64,000 nucleotides of DNA from Sphingomonadales bacterium (GCA_031406495.1 JANOHL010000061.1:202-64201); one strand, 5' to 3'. Counted from the stretch's first letter, positions 46,866-56,714 are shown. Made by a program: numbers and translations. Notes: generated by a model not told the origin, from the sequence alone.

Positions 46866-48017
46866 TTAGAGCCGCTTTTCGTAAATCCGGTAGATCTTGT
46901 TAATCTCGCCGTTGATCGCCTCGCCGACCGAGCGCATCGGGCCGTTATCTTCCAGCACCCAGCCGAATTCGCCGCGCTTGGTACCAAATTTGGCGACCGC
47001 GTCGCGACGGATATGCTCGACCAGCATGAAGGCCAGCTGGCTCGCTATCCGCGTCGATTGCAGCTTTTTGACAACTCCCATCAGCGGAACCCGCATCGTC
47101 CGGACTTTCGGCGCGCGCAGCCACCACAACAGCTTTACCCAATTGAACGGAAACAGCGAACCGCCGAACTCCACAATCTTCTCGTTGAGGTCGGGCAGGG
47201 TCATCATGAACGCCACCGGCTCTCCATCCACTTCGGCTATGCGAATCAGGTCTTCATAGACGATCGGCTTCAGGGTTTTACCGGCATAGGCAACCTCGGC
47301 ATCGGTGAACGGAATGAAACCCCAATTATCGCTCCACGCATCGTTCAGAATAGAGAGGATGAGCGCGGCTTCGGCGTCGAATTTGCTCTTGTCGACGCGG
47401 CGGATGACTATCCTTTCGTTGCGCTCTCCCGACGCAATAATACGTTCGACCAATGGCGGGAATGAGTCTTCGATCGGGATCGCGTAGGTGAACAAATCCT
47501 TGACCCCCGAATAGCCGCTAGCCTCGATCCATGATTGATATTCAGGACGATCATGCCCCATCAAAACCGTCGGCGGATGATCGAAGCCCTGCACCAGCAA
47601 ACCGGGTTCATCCCAAATCGACAGGCTCAACGGCCCGAGCGAGCGCGATATGTTTTTGCCCCGTAACCATGTTTCGGCTGCGGCAAACAAAAAGGTGGCA
47701 ACCGCGGCATCCTCCGCCTCGAACAGTCCCCAATTGCCGACGCCCGGCCCCATGCCCTGTTCGGGCGGTTGGACGAGCGCAAGATGGTCGATATGCGCAG
47801 ATATCCGGCCAACGACCTGACCGCCGCGTTCGGCCAGAAACAGCTGCGCCTCGCCATGTTCGAACCAGGGATTTTTGCCCGGCGTGATAAGCGAATTGAC
47901 GTCGTTCCTGAGCGGCGGCACCCAGTTCGGATCGTTCGCATAAAGCCGGTATGGCAGGTCGATAAACGCTGTTTTGTCGGCCTTCGTGCGGACGGCGCGG
48001 ATGATGATATCGGTCAT
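46866..48017 (-). CDS. Double-GNAT N-acyltransferase, bacterial ceramide synthase (bCerS/YghO-like)
   Basis: FIDLPYRLY..DPNWVPPL, GRISA, GPLSLSIWDEPG and WSDNWGF motifs; location in the Spt locus. Confidence 0.8.
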   Translation of the reverse strand: MTDIIIRAVRTKADKTAFIDLPYRLYANDPNWVPPLRNDVNSLITPGKNPWFEHGEAQLFLAERGGQVVGRISAHIDHLALVQPPEQGMGPGVGNWGLFEAEDAAVATFLFAAAETWLRGKNISRSLGPLSLSIWDEPGLLVQGFDHPPTVLMGHDRPEYQSWIEASGYSGVKDLFTYAIPIEDSFPPLVERIIASGERNERIVIRRVDKSKFDAEAALILSILNDAWSDNWGFIPFTDAEVAYAGKTLKPIVYEDLIRIAEVDGEPVAFMMTLPDLNEKIVEFGGSLFPFNWVKLLWWLRAPKVRTMRVPLMGVVKKLQSTRIASQLAFMLVEHIRRDAVAKFGTKRGEFGWVLEDNGPMRSVGEAINGEINKIYRIYEKRL

Positions 48018-48055
48018 ACTCCCCCACTCATGACTAGGCAGCGCAGTGTCAATAG

Positions 48056-49597
48056 TCAGAGCTTTAACCTGCGGCCCATTTTGCCAAGCGCCGCCTTGTC
48101 GTCCTGCTCTAGTCCCAATTTCAATCCAGCCCAAAGCAGCGGCCAGAACAGGGCGAACAACCCGACAGCGCGGATGGGTGCACCGAGTGGTGCAAGCGCT
48201 ATGCCTGCCAACCAAAGCAGCCCGATGGTCGCTGCACCGAGCCCAACCGCACGCCAAAAGCCGGAGCCAAACGGAGACAGACCATCACTGACCTTAAGTT
48301 CGACCACAGCGGCCCACGCCGTCACCACTACCGCCACAGATACCGCCAGCGCCATTCCTAACGCACCGTAAGCAGGCACCAGCCAAAGCGCGAGCAGCAG
48401 CCACAGTGTCAGACCGATCATGCTGTTCAACAGCGGCAGCGCGCGGTGGCCAACCATCTCGACAATCGGCGTTGCAGGACCGATGACTGCCTCACCCGCG
48501 CGCGCGGCCAGCAATATGACAAGCACCGGCAGAGCCGCAGCCGACCCCGGCGCGAAAGCGCTCAACATGTCCGATGCGATGAGGATCATGAAGCCAGCCA
48601 GCGGCACGGCGAGCAACAACGACATATGCGTCGAGAAGCGGTACATCGGCAGCATCGCGCCTCGATCGACCGCCGACTGCGCCGACGCCAGCGGGGAAAG
48701 GACGTAGAGGAACGATTGCCGCACGATCAGCGGGATCGAGGCAATCTTGCGCGCGATACCGAACAAGGCGGCGGCTGTCGCCCCTGCGGCGCCGGGTATC
48801 ATCAGGTTCAGCAGGATCGGTGGCAAGTCATTATAGGCCCGTCTGGCAATCGCTGGAGGCATCATCGCGGCACCGCTAGCCAACACCGCGCTGCGCGTCA
48901 GGCGCGGCATCGGCGCGCGCCACAGCAGCCCCAAATCATAATAACGCCCAAGCAACTGCGCCGATAATATCGCGGTCAGCGCCAGCGACAGCATATGGCC
49001 CAAAAGCAACCCCATAAGGTCAAATCCGATAAGGAAAAATCCGGTGGCAAAAACCAGCCGTGCGACTTGCTCCCAGAATATCCGCAGGCGGATTTCGGGA
49101 CCAAAAGCACGCTTCGCCCGCGCCGCCGCTGTCGCAATTTCGACAAATATCCATAAAGGCAGGCTCCACGCGAATATGGCAATCGCCTGCGGCAGTCGCG
49201 CAGCTTCTTTGGGCGCCGATGCGACGAAGCTGGCAAGCCAATCGGCAGACAATGTCATTGCCAGTGCTGCGAGCACCCCGAGGCCGGTGCCGGTGAGCAA
49301 GGCAAAACGCACCGCTCCGTGCTGCCGCACACGGTCATCTTCGGCAGGAACGATCCGCTGCAACGCCTGCCCCATGGCAAGGTCTAGGATGTTCGCCAAT
49401 ATGTTGATTGCAGCCCATAACACGACATAAACGCCGTATCCGGTCAGCCCGAACATCCAGGTATATGCCGGCTGCGCGACCACTTCGATAAGCGCACCGA
49501 GCCGCGACAATGCGGCCAACCCCGCGCCTTTCGCTACCTCCGATGTGCTGACCGCAGGTGCCGGCGGCACCAGTGCGTCTTCGATCGGCCCGCTCAT
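48056..49597 (-). CDS. MOP-superfamily (MurJ/Wzx-like) flippase
   Basis: About 12-14 TM segments; G..GYGVY..LWA N-terminal pattern of polysaccharide/lipid exporters. Confidence 0.78.
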   Translation of the reverse strand: MSGPIEDALVPPAPAVSTSEVAKGAGLAALSRLGALIEVVAQPAYTWMFGLTGYGVYVVLWAAINILANILDLAMGQALQRIVPAEDDRVRQHGAVRFALLTGTGLGVLAALAMTLSADWLASFVASAPKEAARLPQAIAIFAWSLPLWIFVEIATAAARAKRAFGPEIRLRIFWEQVARLVFATGFFLIGFDLMGLLLGHMLSLALTAILSAQLLGRYYDLGLLWRAPMPRLTRSAVLASGAAMMPPAIARRAYNDLPPILLNLMIPGAAGATAAALFGIARKIASIPLIVRQSFLYVLSPLASAQSAVDRGAMLPMYRFSTHMSLLLAVPLAGFMILIASDMLSAFAPGSAAALPVLVILLAARAGEAVIGPATPIVEMVGHRALPLLNSMIGLTLWLLLALWLVPAYGALGMALAVSVAVVVTAWAAVVELKVSDGLSPFGSGFWRAVGLGAATIGLLWLAGIALAPLGAPIRAVGLFALFWPLLWAGLKLGLEQDDKAALGKMGRRLKL

Positions 49598-49607
49598 TCC
49601 CCGCCGC

Positions 49608-50696
49608 TCATTCTTCTGTGCGAACCAGCACCGTCTCGCCGATCAGCAGAAACAACAGGAACGGCCCCCATGCCGCAATCCACGGCGGATAGGCACCCAG
49701 ATTACCCATTGCGAGTGCGAAATTATCCGCGACAAAATAGGTGAAACCCAACGCCATGCCGATGACCGCACGCAAGAACAACGCCCCGGACCGTGCCAGT
49801 CCGAACGCGGCCACCGCGGCCAGCAATGGCATCAGCAATGTCGATAATGGCCCCGACAATTTATGCCACAATGATGCTTCCAGACTATCGGTCCGCCTGC
49901 CCGCCGCCTTTAGATCGCCGATCGCATTCATCAACGGTATGAACGCGAAGCTATCGCCGTCGACCTTGACATAGTTGAACCGGTCGGGGGTAATCCCTTT
50001 GCCGATGGTTAGCCCGTCAAAGCGTTTCTGCTCGGTGGTCGCAACGTCGAAAGTTGTGCTGTCTTTCAACTGCCATGCGCCGTTGATGTAGCTTGCTTCC
50101 TTGGCCTTGACGACTTGCCGCAGCCCGCCGTTGGTGCGCAGGTAGATACTGACATCGCTTAACTTTGTTGCGTCGCCCATGCCGGTCACGGTTCCGGCGT
50201 TGATCAAATCCCCTCCTTCACGCACCCAGACATTGGTTTTGATGCCGTTATCGGGAGGTACCGGGCCATATTCGACCTCCTGCCAAACTTTTAGTCTGGC
50301 GGTCGCTGGTGCCACCACCAGATCGTTGAAGACAAACGAAAACGCCGCGACGGCAAGACTGGCGACGAACATCGGTGCCAATATCTGATGCGCCGAAAGC
50401 CCCGCCGCCTTCATCGCGACCACCTCGCTATTCTGGCTTAGCGCGGCGAACGTAATCAGCGTACCGAGCAGAACAGAAAAAGGCATGAACCGGGCGATCA
50501 GTTGCGGCGCGCGCATCCCGACATAGCGCAGCACGTCGCCCTGGTCGTTACCCGCCACCGACAAAATCTTTCCGCTTTCACCAAGCAAATCGAGCGTCTG
50601 CAAGATCAGCACCAGCATCGCCAGCACCGCAAGACTGCGGATGATGAACAGCCGTGCCATATACCAGGTGATGTTACGTGAAGGGAAAAAGTGCAC
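49608..50696 (-). CDS. lptG: LptG-like permease
   Basis: SQNSEVVAMKAAGLSAHQI and KLSGPLS motifs; 3+3 TM architecture with a periplasmic jellyroll. Confidence 0.88.
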   Translation of the reverse strand: MHFFPSRNITWYMARLFIIRSLAVLAMLVLILQTLDLLGESGKILSVAGNDQGDVLRYVGMRAPQLIARFMPFSVLLGTLITFAALSQNSEVVAMKAAGLSAHQILAPMFVASLAVAAFSFVFNDLVVAPATARLKVWQEVEYGPVPPDNGIKTNVWVREGGDLINAGTVTGMGDATKLSDVSIYLRTNGGLRQVVKAKEASYINGAWQLKDSTTFDVATTEQKRFDGLTIGKGITPDRFNYVKVDGDSFAFIPLMNAIGDLKAAGRRTDSLEASLWHKLSGPLSTLLMPLLAAVAAFGLARSGALFLRAVIGMALGFTYFVADNFALAMGNLGAYPPWIAAWGPFLLFLLIGETVLVRTEE

Positions 50697-50699
50697 CGC

Positions 50700-51938
50700 T
50701 TACGCCTCCGCTTCCGCTTCCGCGAGACCGATCGTACCCAGCCGCGACTTGCGGCCAAAGCGGAACAGCTTGCGTATCGACTTGCCTGCCTTGTCGGCGA
50801 ATATCTCGAGCGCTCCGATTGGTTGTCCCCCCGGCACATGCGCGATCACATGATACATCCAAAGGATCAGGCCGGCAAAGAACAGGAACGGCAGCCATAG
50901 CGCAATGACCGGTTCGATAACCCCCATGCCACCGATGCCGGCCGCATATTCGTTGATCTTGTGATAGGTCACCACCATCACGATCGACAGGAACACACCC
51001 AGCGCCGATGTCGATCTTTTGGGCGGAATCGCCAGGGCGATTGCCAAAAACGGCAACAAAAGCATCATCGCCACTTCGACCATGCGGAAATGGAAATTGG
51101 CCTGCGCCATATTTCGCGCTTGGCTGTCCGCCGTGGCATCGCCGCCGATGCGGATAAGTTCGGTTAAAGAATATTCCCGGTCCTTCCCCCCCCGCGCCCG
51201 GAAATTTTCGATCTGCGGCAACGGGATCGGCACGTCATGGCTGGTAAAGCTCAGCACACGCGGCGTCTTGTAGTTGGGCGCATCGTGCACCAGCGTGCCC
51301 TTGCTCAGCCGCAATATTATCGTGTCGGGGTCATCGGTTCGTAAAAATTGCCCGCGTTCCGCAGTCACCGCAATCGACTGCCCGCTCTTGCTTTCCGCGA
51401 AGACGAAAAGCCCCGACAGCGCATTGCCCTTGTCGCGGCTCTCCTCGATCCGCATCGTCAGATTTTTGCCCACATTGTTGAACTCGCCAACCTTGACCTT
51501 AGCCCCGAAAGCACCCGACCGCAGTTCGAAGCGCAGCTCTTCATACAGGTAACGCGCGCTGGGCTGGATGAAGCCGACAATGGCAAAGTTGACAATGGCG
51601 AGGCCGATAGCGAACATGAAAGGCACGCGAAGCAGCCGGAAATAGCTCATGCCGACGGCACGAAAAATGTCGAGTTCCGAAGAGGTTGCGAGTCGCCGGA
51701 ACGCCAACAATATACCCAATAGCAAGCCGATAGGGATGCCGAGCGAAAGATATTCGGGAATCAAATTTGCCAGCATCCTCCACACCACGCTGACCGGTCC
51801 GCCCTCTGCTGCGACAAAGTCGAACAGATTGAGCATTTTCTCCAGCAGCAACAATGAAGCGGCAATCGCCAGCGTCGCCAACAGTGGCAACATAACAAGC
51901 CGGAAGATGTAGCGGTCCGTGGCAGTGATAAATTTCAA
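50700..51938 (-). CDS. lptF: LptF-like permease
   Basis: DRYIFR, RLATSSELDIFRAVGMS and GEFN motifs. Confidence 0.88.
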   Translation of the reverse strand: MKFITATDRYIFRLVMLPLLATLAIAASLLLLEKMLNLFDFVAAEGGPVSVVWRMLANLIPEYLSLGIPIGLLLGILLAFRRLATSSELDIFRAVGMSYFRLLRVPFMFAIGLAIVNFAIVGFIQPSARYLYEELRFELRSGAFGAKVKVGEFNNVGKNLTMRIEESRDKGNALSGLFVFAESKSGQSIAVTAERGQFLRTDDPDTIILRLSKGTLVHDAPNYKTPRVLSFTSHDVPIPLPQIENFRARGGKDREYSLTELIRIGGDATADSQARNMAQANFHFRMVEVAMMLLLPFLAIALAIPPKRSTSALGVFLSIVMVVTYHKINEYAAGIGGMGVIEPVIALWLPFLFFAGLILWMYHVIAHVPGGQPIGALEIFADKAGKSIRKLFRFGRKSRLGTIGLAEAEAEA

Positions 51939-52063
51939 CTTATGGTCGCCCTGTCACCGTAATTTGGCCGCAAACTAAACCGATAGACGCATCTAGGTTC
52001 AGGGGCAATATCGATGGCGCGTGCAAAGCACATGCGTCGGAAATGAGTTCCAGGAGTATCAAG

Positions 52064-52540
52064 ATGAGTAAACTACCTTTGTTTGTGGCCGTCGCCGCTG
52101 TTGCGCTCGTTTCGGGCGCTGCTGCTGCGGGTACTGCAATCAACAACGACTTGAGCCGCTGTAGCGCCGGTAATGGGCCAGCCGTGTTGGTCAGCGTGCA
52201 CGGCGTGAAGGAAGCGGCGGGCCGCATTCGCGTGCAGTCTTATCCTGCAACCAGTGGCGCGTGGCTGGCAAAGGGCCGGTGGATCAACCGCGTCGAAAGC
52301 CGTGCCAATGCCGGCACGATGAACTTTTGTGTGCCCGTTCCTGCGGCCGGTAAATATGGCATCGCCGTCCGGCATGATCGCAATGCCAACGGCAAAACCG
52401 ACATCAGCAAAGATGGCGGCGGGTTTTCGAACAATCCAAGCATCAATATCCTCAACCTTGGCAAACCCTCGGTCGGCAAGGTTGCGTTTTACGCAGGCAC
52501 CGGTGTGACGAAGATCACGATCAACCTGAAATATATGTGA
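52064..52540 (+). CDS. DUF2141 family secreted protein
   Basis: Signal peptide; GKYGIAVRHDRNANGKTD...GFSNNP motif. Confidence 0.82.
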   Translation: MSKLPLFVAVAAVALVSGAAAAGTAINNDLSRCSAGNGPAVLVSVHGVKEAAGRIRVQSYPATSGAWLAKGRWINRVESRANAGTMNFCVPVPAAGKYGIAVRHDRNANGKTDISKDGGGFSNNPSINILNLGKPSVGKVAFYAGTGVTKITINLKYM

Positions 52541-52550
52541 CGGACAACAT

Positions 52551-53522
52551 TTGGCATTAGTCGCGCTCCTTTCGAACCCCAATTCAACCGGCAACAGGTC
52601 GCTGTTGCCGGCGGTTCGATGCTACTGCGCCAAGAACCCCGACATCTTTCATTATGAAGTCGAGGAAATGGGCCAGATTGCGAAAGCGCTGGAGATGATC
52701 GCGCGGGTCAAGCCCAAGGTATTGGTTATCAACGGCGGCGACGGTACGGTCCAATCGGCGCTGACCGAGCTTTACCATGGCGGCCATTTTGAAGGCACGC
52801 CACCGCCGGTGGCCGTGTTGCCCAATGGAAAAACCAACCTGATCGCGCTCGATCTGGGTGCCGAGGGTAGCGCGCTTGAGGCGCTTGAGCGGATTGTCGA
52901 AGTCGCGAAGGGCGACCTATCCGAACATATTGTCGTGCGCGAACTGATTGCGCTGAGCGATGGTAGTGAGGGTGCGCGACCGGTGCTGGGAATGTTCCTG
53001 GGTGGCGCGGGTCTCGCCGAAACCATCCTGTACTGCCGCCACAAAATCTACCCGCTCGGCTTGCCCAATGGCTTGAGCCATTTCCTTGCGGCAATGGCGG
53101 TCATGTTTTCCGCTATTTTCGGGCTGAAGGCCGATTTTCTGCCCGCGCGCGCAAAACCGGTGAGCATATCGTTCATCCGCAAAGGCGAGTTGCAGGGCAT
53201 TTTCTCCGTGCTGATCGTTACCACGTTAGAAAAGCTGCTGCTTGGCGGACGTACGACGGAGATGAAAAAGCGCGGCCAAATGAAGTTCATGGCCGTCGAC
53301 CAACGCCCTTGGGCGATGATCCGCGTGATATTCGAATCGATAATCGGTCGTCTTGGCCGCCATGCGGTCGAGGGTATTCACATCGAGCAAGGCGATACCA
53401 TTCGCATCGACAGCGTTAAAAGCAGCGTCGTTCTGGATGGTGAGGTGTTCGAGGCGAACAGCCGCGCGCCAATCGTGCTACGCTCGACCGCGCCGGTGCC
53501 GTTCCTGCGGCTTGCGGCTTAA
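52551..53522 (+). CDS. Diacylglycerol-kinase-family lipid kinase (ceramide kinase CpgB-like)
   Basis: LSNPNS, INGGDGTV, LPNGKTNLIA and VLDGE motifs. Confidence 0.85.
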   Translation: MALVALLSNPNSTGNRSLLPAVRCYCAKNPDIFHYEVEEMGQIAKALEMIARVKPKVLVINGGDGTVQSALTELYHGGHFEGTPPPVAVLPNGKTNLIALDLGAEGSALEALERIVEVAKGDLSEHIVVRELIALSDGSEGARPVLGMFLGGAGLAETILYCRHKIYPLGLPNGLSHFLAAMAVMFSAIFGLKADFLPARAKPVSISFIRKGELQGIFSVLIVTTLEKLLLGGRTTEMKKRGQMKFMAVDQRPWAMIRVIFESIIGRLGRHAVEGIHIEQGDTIRIDSVKSSVVLDGEVFEANSRAPIVLRSTAPVPFLRLAA

Positions 53523-53562
53523 TCGCTTAACAACCACGCTCGAAAAACGCTAAGGGCTGCGC

Positions 53563-54486
53563 ATGCTCTCGCTCACCCAATTGGTAGCCGATGAATTGGC
53601 CGTGCCTGCCTTGCCGCAGGTTCAGGACTTTGCCGCGCGTATCGCGGGGCAGTATCCGGGCGCGGCAAGGGCGGTTCTGTTTTACGGGTCTTGCCTAAGG
53701 TCGGAGCAACTTGAAGGCCAGATGCTCGATTTCTACCTAATCGTATCCGACTATGACGCCGCCTATGACAAGAAATGGCTGGCAAAATGGAACCGGCGGC
53801 TGCCGCCCAATGTCTTTCCCTTCCAACATGAGGGCCTGATGGCCAAGGTCGCGGTGTTGAGCGAAGAGGATTTCCATGATCTCAACCGCCCCGCCGCGTC
53901 GGCAGTGTCGGTCTGGGCGCGCTTTGCCCAGCCTGCGCGGCTGGTCTGGGCGGCGGACGAGGCGGCGCGGCACATGGCGGCGCGCGCGATATCGGGTGCG
54001 GCACCGACATTGCTCAATGCCGCCTTGGCCTTTGTCGAACGTGAGGTCGATGTCCTCGATCTGTGGCAATCGGGTTTCCGGATGACCTACGACGCCGAAC
54101 TGCGTGCCGAGCGCAACGACCGGCCTGCATCGGTGATCGAGTTCGACCCCGAGCGTTACGAGACTTTCGGCCGCGCCGCGCTCCACCACACGATGATCGC
54201 AAACGAACTCCGGGCTGACAAAATCCATATCCTCCCCGACCCCGAAGGCCGGATCATGCAGGAACGGGGCCGCTGGCCCGCCTTAAGGCGTCGCGGCAAG
54301 ATGCTGACCGTGGCGAGGCTGGCGAAGGCGGCCTTCACCTATGCAGGCGGCATCGATTACCTCGCCTGGAAGGTAAACCGCCACGCCGGAACGCAGATCG
54401 CAATCAAGCCGTGGCAGCGGAAATGGCCGTTGGTGGCTGCGCTGTTTCTCGTGCCGAAGTTGCTGGTGAAGGGCGCCGTCAGATAA
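53563..54486 (+). CDS. Pol-beta-fold nucleotidyltransferase, Tam41-like (CpgA-like, tentative)
   Basis: VLFYGSCLR...MLDFYLIV resembles the Tam41 YGSG...DFI motif; directly after the kinase. Confidence 0.6.
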   Translation: MLSLTQLVADELAVPALPQVQDFAARIAGQYPGAARAVLFYGSCLRSEQLEGQMLDFYLIVSDYDAAYDKKWLAKWNRRLPPNVFPFQHEGLMAKVAVLSEEDFHDLNRPAASAVSVWARFAQPARLVWAADEAARHMAARAISGAAPTLLNAALAFVEREVDVLDLWQSGFRMTYDAELRAERNDRPASVIEFDPERYETFGRAALHHTMIANELRADKIHILPDPEGRIMQERGRWPALRRRGKMLTVARLAKAAFTYAGGIDYLAWKVNRHAGTQIAIKPWQRKWPLVAALFLVPKLLVKGAVR

Positions 54487-55678
54487 TCCCCACAGCCTTA
54501 CCCGCACGTTCAAACCGGCTAAGAATATCCGACACCTGCTCACTCGTATGCTCGGCACAAAGCGAGCAGCGCAGCAGCGTCATGCCAGCCGGGGTCGCCG
54601 GTGGCCGCGCCAGGTTCACGTAGAGCCCGTTCTCCAACAGCGCCTGCCACATCGCGGCCCCGCGTTCGAGGTCGGGCATGATGACCGCGATGATCGCGCT
54701 TTGCGCTTCGGGGGTGCCCAGCTGAAAGCCCAAATCGCGCAGGCCCTTGTGCAGCGTCTTTGAATTTTCCCACAGATGCGCGCGCTTGTTGCCGCCGTGC
54801 ATCAATTTGCGGATGCTGGTCGCCGAACAGGCGACAACGGCAGGTGGCAGGCTCGCGGTGAACACATAGGGGCGGCACACCAGCCGCATGATTTCGAACT
54901 TCGGATGGTTCGAAACGCAAAATCCGCCGACCGTACCGACCGACTTAGAAAACGTGCCGATGACGAAATCGACGTCGTCCAGAACGCCCTGCTCCTCGGC
55001 CACGCCGCGTCCGTTTTCACCGATAAAGCCCATCGAGTGCGCCTCGTCGACCAGCACCATCGCGCCCGCTTCTTTCGAAACACGGACCATTTCTTTGAGC
55101 GGCGCAACGTCGCCCATCATCGAATACACGCCCTCCAGCACCACCAATTTGCCCGCATCGGCAGGCAAACGCTTCAAACGTTTCTCCAGCGCCTCGACAT
55201 CATTGTGACGGAACGCAACAATCTCGGCATCGCCCATTTTGCAGCCGTCATAGATCGACGCATGGCTGTCGATATCGAGGATGACATAATCGCCCTTGCC
55301 CGCAATCGTGCTGATAATCCCCAGATTGGCCTGATAGCCGGTGGAGAATACCATCGCGTGTTTCATGTCGTAGAATTCTTTGAGCGCTTCTTCGCACTCT
55401 TTGTGGCCTTGAAATGTGCCGTTCAGAACGCGGCTGCCGGTGGTGCCAGCGCCAAATTCGTCGAGCGCCTTTTTGCCCGCTTCGATGACATCCTCATCGA
55501 AGGTCATGCCCATATAATTGTACGTGCCGAGCAGGATCGTTTCCTTGCCGTTGCAGACCGCGACGGTAGGCGAAAGCACTTGCTCCATCACCAGCGAAAA
55601 CGGGTCCATCACGCCAGTCGAGAGCAAGCCTTCGCGTTGCGCAATCAGCGGGTCGAATTTGGAAAACAGGTCTGTCAT
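54479..55678 (-). CDS. spt: Serine palmitoyltransferase
   Basis: LLGTYNYMG, GTTGSRVLNG, DEAHSMG and GTFSKSVGTVGG (PLP lysine); adjacent to an ACP. Confidence 0.93.
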   Translation of the reverse strand: MTDLFSKFDPLIAQREGLLSTGVMDPFSLVMEQVLSPTVAVCNGKETILLGTYNYMGMTFDEDVIEAGKKALDEFGAGTTGSRVLNGTFQGHKECEEALKEFYDMKHAMVFSTGYQANLGIISTIAGKGDYVILDIDSHASIYDGCKMGDAEIVAFRHNDVEALEKRLKRLPADAGKLVVLEGVYSMMGDVAPLKEMVRVSKEAGAMVLVDEAHSMGFIGENGRGVAEEQGVLDDVDFVIGTFSKSVGTVGGFCVSNHPKFEIMRLVCRPYVFTASLPPAVVACSATSIRKLMHGGNKRAHLWENSKTLHKGLRDLGFQLGTPEAQSAIIAVIMPDLERGAAMWQALLENGLYVNLARPPATPAGMTLLRCSLCAEHTSEQVSDILSRFERAGKAVGII

Positions 55679-55693
55679 ATTTCTTCCAAGTTT

Positions 55694-55773
55694 CCGTTCG
55701 CATCGAGCGAAGTCGAGATACCTCTAGTTCGCGCCCAGAAGCCCGGTGTCTCGACTGCGCTCGACACGAACGG
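55694..55773. repeat. REP doublet between acp and spt
   Basis: CCGTTCGCATCGAGCGAAGTCGAGA / TCTCGACTGCGCTCGACACGAACGG inverted arms. Confidence 0.85.
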
Positions 55774-55780
55774 GTTTGAG

Positions 55781-56023
55781 TTAATCCGTCAGCTTCATCA
55801 CAGCATCGACCAGCTGGCCGACATTTTCGATCTCGGCCTGCAGGTTCATCGTAATCACGATGTCGAACGCATCTTCAACCTCGGCAACGAAATCCATAAC
55901 GGTCAGGCTGTCCCATTCGAGGTCACCGGCAAACGTCGTCGCGTCGGCGATGGTCACGCCCTTTTTGTTGAACGGTTCGATCAAGCCCTTCAACCCCTCA
56001 AACATCTCGCTGCGGTCGGTCAT
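55781..56023 (-). CDS. Dedicated acyl carrier protein
   Basis: DLEWDSLTVM (phosphopantetheine Ser); 80 aa, acidic; upstream of spt. Confidence 0.92.
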   Translation of the reverse strand: MTDRSEMFEGLKGLIEPFNKKGVTIADATTFAGDLEWDSLTVMDFVAEVEDAFDIVITMNLQAEIENVGQLVDAVMKLTD

Positions 56024-56198
56024 GGTGCATTCCTATAATTTGGTTGCGGCCTTGTGCCGCTTCAGGGTCGCCTATGGCAAGCGATTAAGGCCGCAATTGG
56101 GCGACAATAGTGCCAGACAGGCACCCGCTGGCCAAGCCTTGCTGTGCAAAAGCAAAGCTGTCATGCTTTGCCAATCGAGGGCATTTCGGGAGAGGCAA

Positions 56199-56714
56199 AT
56201 GAGCGACGGGAAAAAATGGCCGGGCGAAGCCATATATATGGTCCGCACCATGCAGCAGCATCATGTGCAGCTAAGCATCATGGCCGATCAAAAGGCCAAT
56301 ATGCTGATCGGCGCGACCTTTGTCGTTTTGACACTCGCCATCGGGCAAAGCCAAAGCAGCAGCTTTTCGCTTCCCTTGGTCATATTGGCGGTGTCGGCAT
56401 TTATGTCCGCTGGCCTGGCCACAATGGCGGTGATGCCATCGACCGTGCCAAAACCTTCGAGGGGCAGCAACTGGCTATTCTTCGGCACATTTGCCCAGGT
56501 TGAAGAATCGGTATTTCATGAAAAAATAATGGGGAACCTTGGCGAACCGGAAGATGTCTTCAAGGCGATGTTGCATGATATCTATCAAATGGGCTGCATC
56601 CTCCAGACCAAAAAATACCGTTATCTGGGCTGGGCCTATCGCGCCTTTTTGGTTGGTTTGGTCACGACTTTTGTGACGTTCGTCTATGAACGATTTGCCG
56701 GACCGATATTATAG
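56199..56714 (+). CDS. Pycsar-effector-family (DUF5706/PycTM-like) membrane protein
   Basis: QLSIMADQKANMLI, two N-terminal TMs ending in MP, LFFG and KKYRYL..AY..F before a third TM; start MSDGKK after a GGAGAGG RBS. Confidence 0.75.
   Translation: MSDGKKWPGEAIYMVRTMQQHHVQLSIMADQKANMLIGATFVVLTLAIGQSQSSSFSLPLVILAVSAFMSAGLATMAVMPSTVPKPSRGSNWLFFGTFAQVEESVFHEKIMGNLGEPEDVFKAMLHDIYQMGCILQTKKYRYLGWAYRAFLVGLVTTFVTFVYERFAGPIL

Noticed and set aside
54479-55678. BioF (8-amino-7-oxononanoate synthase)
   Set aside because: Motifs and context (ACP, bCerS-like, CerR-like) fit Spt; no bio genes nearby.
55860-56198. Long N-terminal extension of the Pycsar-like ORF
   Set aside because: It is antisense to acp; an RBS supports ATG 56199.
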